A stretch of DNA of 10,445 nt from a candidate division WOR-3 bacterium. GTDB lineage: Bacteria; Hydrothermota; Tepidihabitantia; Tepidihabitantales; Tepidihabitantaceae. Shown one piece after another: positions 1-7,139 of this stretch. The DNA lies in the NCBI GenBank assembly GCA_039801225.1, contig JBDRUH010000051.1, forward strand, positions 1 through 10,445, read 5' to 3'. The notes below the pieces were generated by a model that worked only from the letters and a program-made list of their open reading frames with translations, did no database searches and was not told the DNA's origin. The stretch's first letter is position 1, and every line of letters begins with the position of its first letter. Both the position numbers and the translations under genes were made by a program.

Positions 1-1878
1 GGACAGTTTGAAAAGGTCACTGCCACAATCAATCCAGAGCGCCTCCCGGAGCATACCCATTTGGGTTATGAACTGCTCACCAAATATGCAGAACACTTCT
101 GCCACATTTCGGTGCAAAGTATCACTTAACTCATTCGCTTGCATCACAAAATCTTCAAAAGCTCCCTCAGCAGCACTGACCATCAAACCGCGGCTACCAT
201 CATAGCGCGCCCGACCCTGCCAGACATCAAGGCTGGTCTGAATCGGTATGGTCAATTCTCTAGCGTTCAAACCGATAATTCTGCCCACCCGCAATTCACA
301 CTGCTCATCACCGGAAAGGTCGGAATAGGGATAGTCCGACAGAGGCACATTATCAAAACCTGTAACCGGCCAGGACCAGGCGGGCACAATGTCATCCTGC
401 CCAACAATCAAAAGATAGCCGCTATTGAACCAGTTCGTGCTCAGTTTCATCCCCCAGCCAAAAGCCCCGACTAAGGAACCTAAGACCTCACAGCAATCCG
501 CCGCCATTCTAATATAACCTAAAACGCCGGTTTTCTCCTTCGCCAGTCTCGCCATCGTCGCCAGCAACCTGTTAACATCCTCACTCATATCGCCCGGATT
601 GGCACGAAACAGTTTTTCTGGCGAGGTGATAATTAAGTAGTCAGCAGCGCGTAGCGCATCAGGAACATCAGCCGGAATAAACGGAACTCGGAAACACCTC
701 AATACCCAATCCTCACCAACCCGGTAGGAAATGGTAGTTGAATCGCCGATGGTGGGTGATATTAAACGCTCAAGATAATAGGGCAGAAAGACTGGGATAA
801 CATGATACCGCACAATCATCCTCCCACCTGGAGCCAGTTTTTCCCAGCCGAACAGCACTGCGGTATGCGCGCCGGTTGACTCCGCCTGAGTCCGGCAAAA
901 GGTGGAACGGTAGGATGCACCGCTCGTGCCATGCATCACCGTCGCATCGTCAATACACTGGAATGCAGCGCTGCGGTCAAAAACGGTGAGGTCGCGTAAA
1001 GTATCTCCCGATTGGTTTTCAATCGTAAGTTGCACCGTATAATAGTTATCGGTTCTCGTTACCTGTCGGGTGATATTTACCGGCAGAATTCGGACCGGCG
1101 GCGGACGAATCTCTCCAAAGGAAAAAGCCCAGATTTCACTCTCGCCGATAGCCCTGCCACTATGGTCAATCGCCCGGACCTGCCAGGCGAACTGTTTACC
1201 CAAATCAAACGACTTGGCAGACAAAGGATAACGAAGCAGCACCCCGGTGAGATTCTTGCCTTCATAGTAGGGCTGGTTTGCCCTCATCGCCTCCTCTTTG
1301 GTCTGTCCTGGCAGAATTTCAACGATACGGATCTGGTATTTAACGCTTCGTGGCGCCGGCGAAGGTGGCGTCCAGTTGAACATCGGCAACTTCTCCCCCT
1401 GGGATAACTTTGCACCATTACGGGGCGAGATAAGCCGGGGTGGTCCGGAACGGCGGACTTGAAACTCAACCGTATCACCGCCGAGGTCCGGTTGGAGAAG
1501 AACAATAAAAGTATAGTTTCCCTCAGGTAGACCGCCGGTTCTTAAAGCAAACCGCTCATAACCTTTGGCATACCAGACATCACGCAAAGGGTCAACATCC
1601 TTTCTTCCCTTCCGTCTCTGCTTTCCTGGGGGCAACTGGAACTCCCTGGAGTTTGCCTTGAAAACCACCCCCTTTGTCGCCTCTAATATTTCACCATGCA
1701 GGTAACAGGTATAGGTTTTCTGCGTCTGATTGTCAAGATCAACCCACCAGAGATTCTCCATCTGCCACTGACCCTCGGGTGGAATATGGAGATGGACTGT
1801 TACTTTCGCCAGGGCTTGCCCTATGCTGATTGCCACGATGGTCAAAATGACCATCGTGGAGATTTTAAAAAATTTCAC
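1..1878 (-). CDS. Secreted multidomain protein: signal peptide + FN3/Ig-like domains + gingipain-like peptidase C25 domain (3' end outside window)
   Basis: Hand translation: GTG at 1878, preceded on the minus strand by AAAGGAGG, stays open for 626 codons to base 1. N-terminus MKFFKISTMVILTIVAISIGQALA is a signal peptide. PRLISPRNG..FNWTPP..YQIRIVE..FAWQVRA..SEIWAF is FN3-like. ADYLIITSPE, GYLLIVGQDDIVP and SDYPYSDLSGDEQCELRVGRI match C25 N-terminal motifs. The catalytic His/Cys are not visible in the window. Confidence 0.8.
   Translation of the reverse strand, partial: MKFFKISTMVILTIVAISIGQALAKVTVHLHIPPEGQWQMENLWWVDLDNQTQKTYTCYLHGEILEATKGVVFKANSREFQLPPGKQRRKGRKDVDPLRDVWYAKGYERFALRTGGLPEGNYTFIVLLQPDLGGDTVEFQVRRSGPPRLISPRNGAKLSQGEKLPMFNWTPPSPAPRSVKYQIRIVEILPGQTKEEAMRANQPYYEGKNLTGVLLRYPLSAKSFDLGKQFAWQVRAIDHSGRAIGESEIWAFSFGEIRPPPVRILPVNITRQVTRTDNYYTVQLTIENQSGDTLRDLTVFDRSAAFQCIDDATVMHGTSGASYRSTFCRTQAESTGAHTAVLFGWEKLAPGGRMIVRYHVIPVFLPYYLERLISPTIGDSTTISYRVGEDWVLRCFRVPFIPADVPDALRAADYLIITSPEKLFRANPGDMSEDVNRLLATMARLAKEKTGVLGYIRMAADCCEVLGSLVGAFGWGMKLSTNWFNSGYLLIVGQDDIVPAWSWPVTGFDNVPLSDYPYSDLSGDEQCELRVGRIIGLNARELTIPIQTSLDVWQGRARYDGSRGLMVSAAEGAFEDFVMQANELSDTLHRNVAEVFCIFGEQFITQMGMLREALWIDCGSDLFKLS
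1833..1859. repeat. Perfect 12-bp inverted repeat with 3-nt spacer inside the signal-peptide coding region
   Basis: CCACGATGGTCA-AAA-TGACCATCGTGG. Confidence 0.9.
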
Positions 1879-1900
1879 AAAGCCTCCTTTAATTGAATGG

Positions 1901-1928
1901 AACATAACAATTTACTAATTTTTGTCAA
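1901..1928 (-). promoter_or_regulatory. Sigma70-type promoter for the C25-like gene
   Basis: Minus strand TTGACA-N16-TATGTT with TG-n extended -10, just upstream of SD AAAGGAGG. Confidence 0.65.
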
Positions 1929-1997
1929 GAAAAAAAACCGAACTTCATCCGGACTTATGAAAACTTATCTTCAGAGTAAGATAGGTTGGGGAAAAAT

Positions 1998-2252
1998 CTA
2001 ATCGCCCTCTGGTTTCACCTGATAATCAATCCCAGGAACCCAGAGGTTGTCGGTAGGGGTAGGTTTTCTTTCGGGCAGGCGATAGGTCTGGCAGAACTTC
2101 AATCCCAGCCAGATTAAAATTGCCAGAAAAATCAGCACGACTAAAATACGAACCGGATGTCTATAAGGACGCCGGATGCGTTCCAGTTCGGCAAAATCAA
2201 CCTTTACTATTTCTTCCTTGGGTTTGGGCGGAAATTTCTTTGACTCAGCCAT
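1998..2252 (-). CDS. Small hypothetical single-pass membrane protein (84 aa)
   Basis: Basic N-terminus, one hydrophobic segment (ILVVLIFLAILIWLGL), own promoter upstream, no obvious SD. Confidence 0.7.
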   Translation of the reverse strand: MAESKKFPPKPKEEIVKVDFAELERIRRPYRHPVRILVVLIFLAILIWLGLKFCQTYRLPERKPTPTDNLWVPGIDYQVKPEGD

Positions 2253-2269
2253 ATTAATTCAAGTAATGA

Positions 2270-2297
2270 ACGATAACAAATTTAACAATAATGTCAA
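2270..2297 (-). promoter_or_regulatory. Sigma70-type promoter for the 84-aa gene
   Basis: Minus strand TTGACA-N16-TATCGT with TG-n extended -10. Confidence 0.55.
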
Positions 2298-2390
2298 CAG
2301 TAAGGTCACGCCCTGTTATGGTCAAAAAGTAAAAATTATGACCTTGCCAACTGTAAAACACTCTGCTGTAGGAACTAATAAGGTGCTGAA

Positions 2391-2418
2391 TTGACAGGGG
2401 GTTTAACCTGGATAAGAT
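2391..2418 (+). promoter_or_regulatory. Sigma70-type promoter for the FTCD operon
   Basis: TTGACA-N16-TAAGAT, followed by SD AAGGAG ending at 2441. Confidence 0.6.
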
Positions 2419-2448
2419 AAACCAAATAATAAAAAAAGGAGTTTGGTA

Positions 2449-3960
2449 ATGCGGCGAATTGTTGAATGTGTCCCCAATTTTAGCGAAGGTAGAAGACCCG
2501 AGATAATTGAACAGATTGTCGGCGCAATTAAGTCAGTCAGCGGGATAAGCGTCTTAGACCAGGAGATGGATACCGACCACAATCGGGCGGTTATCAGTTT
2601 TGTTGGTGACCCGGAGGCGGTCTTAGAAGCGGCTTTCCGGGCGACAAAAACCGCCAGTGAGTTAATTGACTTGAATAAACATCAGGGAGAGCATCCCCGA
2701 ATCGGGGCAACCGATGTAATCCCATTTGTCCCGATTTCCGGTGTTACCCAGGCGGAGTGTATTGAACTGGCGAAGCGATTAGGTAAACGAATCGCTGACG
2801 AACTTTCCATTCCGGTTTATCTTTATGAACTCGCAGCCACCCGACCGGACCGCCAGGATTTGGCAAACATCCGGAAGGGTGAGTTTGAAGGGCTGCGCGA
2901 GGCGATAAAAACCGACCCGGACCGGGCACCCGATTTTGGTCGACCAGAGGTTCATCCCACCGCGGGCGCCACGGTCGTTGGTGTGCGGGCACCTTTAATC
3001 GCCTATAATATCAATCTCGGCACAACCGATGTAAAGATTGCCGAACGAATTGCCAAGGCGATTCGTTTCCGGGATGGTGGTTTTCGGTTTGTAAAGGCAT
3101 TGGGTTTTGAGGTGAAGGAGAAGAACTGTGTCCAGGTCTCCATCAATATGACCGATTACACCAAAACGCCAATTTACCGGGTTTTTGAGACGGTGAAAAG
3201 GGAGGCACAGCGTTGGGGTGTACCGGTATTGGAATCGGAGATTGTTGGTCTGGTGCCTCAGGCGGCGCTTATCGCCTGTGCTAAATACTATCTCCAGTTA
3301 AACAGTTTTAAGAGCGACCAGATTTTAGAGAACCGATTAATGCCCTCCCAGGGTCTGCCCGATTTTCTTGCCGAACTCGCCTCATCAGCACCGGTGCCCG
3401 GCGGTGGTTCGGCAGCGGCACTCAACGGGGCGATTGGCACCGCCCTATTTACGATGGTGGCAAACCTGACCATTGGCAAGAAGGGCTATGAGGAGTTTGC
3501 CGATGAGATGAAAACAGTAAAGGATAAACTAATCCTGCGGCGGGAACGATTTTTATCTTTAATTGAGGAGGACGCCGCCAGTTTTAAAGAGGTGATGGCA
3601 TGTTATAAGTTACCAAAGATGACTGAGTTGGAACGCCAGGAACGGGAAAAGGCGCTCAGCGATGCCTTGAAGATAGCAGCCGAGGTGCCATTCAAGACGA
3701 TGAAACTAACCTTAGAAACCCTGAAACTGTGCAGACCGATAGTGGAGTTTGGTAATAAAAGTTCTATCAGCGATGCCGGGGTTGGCACGCTCTCCTTGCA
3801 GGCGGCGTTTCACGGCGCAAGGCTAAATGTGTTAATCAATCTCGGCGGGATTAAAGACCAGGCGTTTGTCTCAGAGAAAAGGGAGTCTATTGACGAACTC
3901 TCGGCGGAAATGGATGGACTCGTTAAGGAATATCTGGCCATTGTCACCAGGCGGATGTAG
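2449..3960 (+). CDS. ftcD: Bifunctional glutamate formimidoyltransferase / formimidoyltetrahydrofolate cyclodeaminase
   Basis: VECVPNFSEGR, DHNRAV, HQGEHPRIGATDVIPFVP, LIAYNINL and QVSINMTDY mark the FT domain. ASSAPVPGGGSAAA, GNKSSISDAGVG and NVLINL mark the cyclodeaminase domain. ATG 2449 lies 7 nt after AGGAG, better spaced than the track's TTG 2443. Confidence 0.95.
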   Translation: MRRIVECVPNFSEGRRPEIIEQIVGAIKSVSGISVLDQEMDTDHNRAVISFVGDPEAVLEAAFRATKTASELIDLNKHQGEHPRIGATDVIPFVPISGVTQAECIELAKRLGKRIADELSIPVYLYELAATRPDRQDLANIRKGEFEGLREAIKTDPDRAPDFGRPEVHPTAGATVVGVRAPLIAYNINLGTTDVKIAERIAKAIRFRDGGFRFVKALGFEVKEKNCVQVSINMTDYTKTPIYRVFETVKREAQRWGVPVLESEIVGLVPQAALIACAKYYLQLNSFKSDQILENRLMPSQGLPDFLAELASSAPVPGGGSAAALNGAIGTALFTMVANLTIGKKGYEEFADEMKTVKDKLILRRERFLSLIEEDAASFKEVMACYKLPKMTELERQEREKALSDALKIAAEVPFKTMKLTLETLKLCRPIVEFGNKSSISDAGVGTLSLQAAFHGARLNVLINLGGIKDQAFVSEKRESIDELSAEMDGLVKEYLAIVTRRM

Positions 3961-3966
3961 TAGCCG

Positions 3967-4803
3967 GTGAAAAATCAACGCATTAGTTTTGTTGACCTTC
4001 ATACCCATACCGTTTTCTCGGATGGACTTTTCACCCCGGAGGAGGTTGTGGAAAGGGCAAAAGAAGTCGGACTTACCGCCATCGCCATCACCGACCACGA
4101 TTCGGTTGATGGAATTGACCGGGCAAAACTAACCGGCAAAAAACTGCAGATAGAAGTGGTCCCGGGTGTTGAGATGAGTTGTTCGGTCAATGGTACCGAT
4201 GTCCATATCTTGGGCTATTATTTTGATTACCAGAACTCCGCCGTTAAAAAATTTTTTGCCCGGCTGAGAGAAAGTCGCTTAGAAAGAGCGGCAAAGATGG
4301 TTAATCGCCTTGCTGAACTGGGCGTAAAGGTCTCGTTTAGCAGGGTAAAGGAACTGGCCGGTGCCGGCGCGGTAGGAAGACCCCATCTGGCACAGGCGAT
4401 GGTTGAGGCACGGGCGGTGTCAAGCGTAAGCGAGGCTTTTGTCCGTTATATCGGCTATGATGGACCCGCCTACTTTCCCAAGATGCGTCTTACCCCATTA
4501 GAAGTCATTAGTTTCATCCATCAAAACGATGGCGTGGCGGTTATCGCCCATCCCGGCACTTATGGCAACGACGATTTACTCTACACCGTTCTCGCCGCGG
4601 GTGTTGATGGAATTGAGGTGTGGCATCCAGAACATAACCAGCGCGCAGTTGAGCACTACTTAGAGATTGCCGAAAAGAACCGGCTTTTGATTACCGGTGG
4701 CAGTGATTGCCATGGTGGTTTCAAATTCGGCAAGGTTTATTTAGGCGAGGTTAGATTACCCTATCGCTACCTTGCGGCGCTCAAACACCGGGCAAATAGA
4801 TAA
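3967..4803 (+). CDS. PHP-domain metal-dependent phosphoesterase (TrpH/YciV-like)
   Basis: DLHTHTVFSDG, AITDHD, PGVEMS, VHILGY, GRPHLA, IAHP, GIEVWHPEH, TGGSDCHG. Confidence 0.92.
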   Translation: MKNQRISFVDLHTHTVFSDGLFTPEEVVERAKEVGLTAIAITDHDSVDGIDRAKLTGKKLQIEVVPGVEMSCSVNGTDVHILGYYFDYQNSAVKKFFARLRESRLERAAKMVNRLAELGVKVSFSRVKELAGAGAVGRPHLAQAMVEARAVSSVSEAFVRYIGYDGPAYFPKMRLTPLEVISFIHQNDGVAVIAHPGTYGNDDLLYTVLAAGVDGIEVWHPEHNQRAVEHYLEIAEKNRLLITGGSDCHGGFKFGKVYLGEVRLPYRYLAALKHRANR

Positions 4804-4805
4804 AA

Positions 4806-5426
4806 ATGACCACCTTACTTATTTTCATCTCTCTTTTTGGTCAGTTGCAGATCGCCCGCTTGAAATATTCTGGCGGTGGCGACTGGTATAACGACCCGGA
4901 TGCGGTGCCCAACCTCTGTAAAGAAATTCTGAACCGAACCAACATCATCATTGCTACTGACGAGGCACAGGTGAGCCTCTTAGATGAAAAACTCTATCAA
5001 TACCCATTTCTCTTTATGACCGGTCACGGCAATGTCAGTTTCTCTGAGGAAGAGGTCATCCGGTTGCGCCGCTACCTTGAATCGGGCGGATTCCTCTATG
5101 CTGACGACGACTACGGAATGGACGAGTCATTTCGCCGGGAGATTAAAAAGGTGTTCCCCAATTCCGATTTGGTGGAACTTCCATTTGACCATCCGATATA
5201 TCACCAGATTTACCACTTCCCCAATGGTCCGCCCAAAATTCACGAGCATTACGAAGGTCCGCCCAAGGGCTACGGACTTTATGTAGGCGGCAGGATGGTC
5301 TTATTTTACACCTACAACTCCAACATCTCCGACGGCTGGACAACCGCCCACAACGACCCACCGGAAAAAAGGGAAGAGGCGTTCCGGATGGGAATAAACA
5401 TCATCACCTACTTTTTGACAAATTAA
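4806..5426 (+). CDS. DUF4159-like protein
   Basis: IARLKYSGGGDWY, YPFLFMTGHG, GGFLYADDDYGMD, LPFDHPIY, PPKIHEH, MGINI; short hydrophobic N-terminus. Confidence 0.85.
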   Translation: MTTLLIFISLFGQLQIARLKYSGGGDWYNDPDAVPNLCKEILNRTNIIIATDEAQVSLLDEKLYQYPFLFMTGHGNVSFSEEEVIRLRRYLESGGFLYADDDYGMDESFRREIKKVFPNSDLVELPFDHPIYHQIYHFPNGPPKIHEHYEGPPKGYGLYVGGRMVLFYTYNSNISDGWTTAHNDPPEKREEAFRMGINIITYFLTN

Positions 5427-5454
5427 CCCAACCATTTTCCATCTTCCACCCTTC

Positions 5455-5497
5455 GTAGGGCACTCTGCTCGATTCGGGCAGGTCGCTGTGCGACTAC
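5455..5497. repeat. Inverted pair of GTAG-tagged mini-palindromes (REP-doublet-like); may act as a 3' hairpin of the operon
   Basis: GTAGGGCACTCTGCTC (5455-5470, +) and GTAGTCGCACAGCGAC (5497-5482, -). Confidence 0.4.
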
Positions 5498-5523
5498 CTT
5501 CAGGTTTGCAATAACTGGAGATT

Positions 5524-5565
5524 GGGCAGAGAGCAAGGAGCAAAAGGCAAATTGTGAACTGTAAG
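5524..5565 (+). repeat. Degenerate heptamer tandem repeat
   Basis: GGGCAGA GAGCAAG GAGCAAA AGGCAAA TTGTGAA CTGTAAG. Confidence 0.5.
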
Positions 5566-5580
5566 TGACGACAGTAAAAC

Positions 5581-5609
5581 TTGACATTGCATTTTTAAAT
5601 CGGTAATTT
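5581..5609 (+). promoter_or_regulatory. Sigma70-type promoter for the beta-propeller gene
   Basis: TTGACA-N17-TAATTT; SD AAGGAGG at 5733-5739. Confidence 0.6.
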
Positions 5610-5743
5610 TTAAAAAAGGATGTAAGGAGAAAGGCGACTTGGTTCCACTTTCTTTTGGACAGGGTAATCCAGCCGCCGAAGCGCCCTCTGCCGGCAGAAA
5701 ATGGTGCCAGGCTGCTTAACTCCATAAACAAAAAGGAGGCATT

Positions 5744-7069
5744 ATGAAAGCCTTAATTATAATAGCGGTGCTTTGTCTCTGGGCAGCGCCCCTCTCAGCC
5801 CAGTGGCTGGACACGATTGTTCCGGTAGACAGTAGCCCGTTCATTCTGTGTCATAATACCCAGAACGATTTTGTCTATTGTGCCAACTGGGCTGCAAACA
5901 ATGTCAGCGTAATTGATGGCGCCACGAATGCGGTCATTGCCACAGTCCCGGTTGGCACGTGGCCGCAGGCGCTCATCTACAGCCCGACCAACAACAAGGT
6001 CTTCTGCCTGAACAATATGGGGAAGAGCATCACCGTGATTGACGGCGCGACCAATACGGTTGACACAACTTTGGCTCTGGGTACATCCCTCTGGGATGGC
6101 TTGCTCTGTCCGTTCAATGAGAAACTCTATATCCTGGAACATACCTATAACCGGGTGCTGGTGATGGATTGTCACACCTATGCCTTGGACACCGCCATTA
6201 CCTTTCCCAGCAGCCCATACGGAGTCTGCTATGACCAGACCGATAACCGGGTATATGTTGCTACTCGGGCAGACAGCGCTGTCCGGGCGATTGACTGCGC
6301 TACCAACAGTATCATTGCGACGATTAAGGTCGGACCGGAGCCGAATAAACTCTGCTGGAACTCGCAGGACAACAAAGTCTATACCGCAACCGCTGATAAC
6401 AACGATTCCACCGTTGCGGTGATTGACTGTGCGACCAACACGGTGGTGGCGATGCTCAAGCCAGGCAAATGGCCATATTCCCTCTGCTATGAGCCGAACT
6501 ATAGCCAGGTTTATGTGAGCTTTTGGGACGAACAAAGAGTTGCGGTGATTGACGGCGTTAACAATCAGGTTGTCGCCAACATTTCCACAGCACCTGGTTA
6601 CCCTTCTAATTTATGCGCAGTTCCTCAACACTACTATGTGTTTGTCACACTTCAGAACGATTCGGTCATTGTCGTAGAGGTGAACTCCAACACCATCATC
6701 GCCCGGGTCGGGGTTGGGGATGGTCCTGATAATCCGATTTACAACCCGATTGACGACCGGGTCTATACCGCGGATGGAAATGGCAAAACGGTGTCAATCC
6801 TTTTTGGTTCAGCCGTCGGGATTGCCGAACAGCTTCCAACAACTGCGGTCAGGCATATTACCCCCACCATTGCCCGCAATGTGCTTTTCCTGCCTTCAGC
6901 GGAAGGTGGTAAGCGGTCAGCGGGAGACGCCTCTTTACTTGACATCTCCGGTCGGAAGGTCGTTGACCTTCACACCGGTGCCAATGATGTCCGGCATCTC
7001 GCACCCGGTGTCTATTTCATTATTGGTAACTCCTCACCGATAAAAAAGGAGGTGATTATCGTCAGATAG
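5744..7069 (+). CDS. Secreted YVTN/YncE-family beta-propeller protein with T9SS-like C-terminal domain
   Basis: Signal peptide MKALIIIAVLCLWAAPLSA. About 42-aa blades (VSVIDGATNAVIATVPVGTWPQAL, NKVY). C-terminal VGIAE..LLDISGRKV..LAPGVYFI..KKEVIIVR. Confidence 0.88.
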   Translation: MKALIIIAVLCLWAAPLSAQWLDTIVPVDSSPFILCHNTQNDFVYCANWAANNVSVIDGATNAVIATVPVGTWPQALIYSPTNNKVFCLNNMGKSITVIDGATNTVDTTLALGTSLWDGLLCPFNEKLYILEHTYNRVLVMDCHTYALDTAITFPSSPYGVCYDQTDNRVYVATRADSAVRAIDCATNSIIATIKVGPEPNKLCWNSQDNKVYTATADNNDSTVAVIDCATNTVVAMLKPGKWPYSLCYEPNYSQVYVSFWDEQRVAVIDGVNNQVVANISTAPGYPSNLCAVPQHYYVFVTLQNDSVIVVEVNSNTIIARVGVGDGPDNPIYNPIDDRVYTADGNGKTVSILFGSAVGIAEQLPTTAVRHITPTIARNVLFLPSAEGGKRSAGDASLLDISGRKVVDLHTGANDVRHLAPGVYFIIGNSSPIKKEVIIVR

Positions 7070-7139
7070 AAATACTCACTCAAATGGATTAACTTAACCA
7101 AAGAAGCGTATAGTAAATTATAACGAAGGAGAGGATAAA

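Noticed and set aside
8..1896. Short ORFs in the track (8-205, 139-474, 1012-1407, 1077-1265, 1284-1505, 1696-1896)
   Set aside because: Antisense or off-frame shadows of the 626-codon minus-strand gene
2397..2401. Poly-G in the ftcD promoter spacer as a phase-variation tract (also A8 at 1930-1937)
   Set aside because: Tracts are too short, and the A-run lies outside the spacer
5618..5725. Definite glycine or c-di-AMP riboswitch call
   Set aside because: Only partial motif matches and key ligand-binding segments are missing; kept as an unassigned candidate
5423..5731. 102-aa minus-strand ORF in the intergenic region
   Set aside because: It overlaps a promoter, leader and heptamer tracts, and its sequence looks like translated repeats
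5795..6535. 246-aa minus-strand ORF, and similar ORFs overlapping the repeat genes
   Set aside because: Antisense or alternative-frame shadows of well-supported genes, with no recognisable motifs
7085..7114. Promoter for fibre gene A (TATAGT at 7109-7114)
   Set aside because: No convincing -35; the gene may be co-transcribed with the propeller gene
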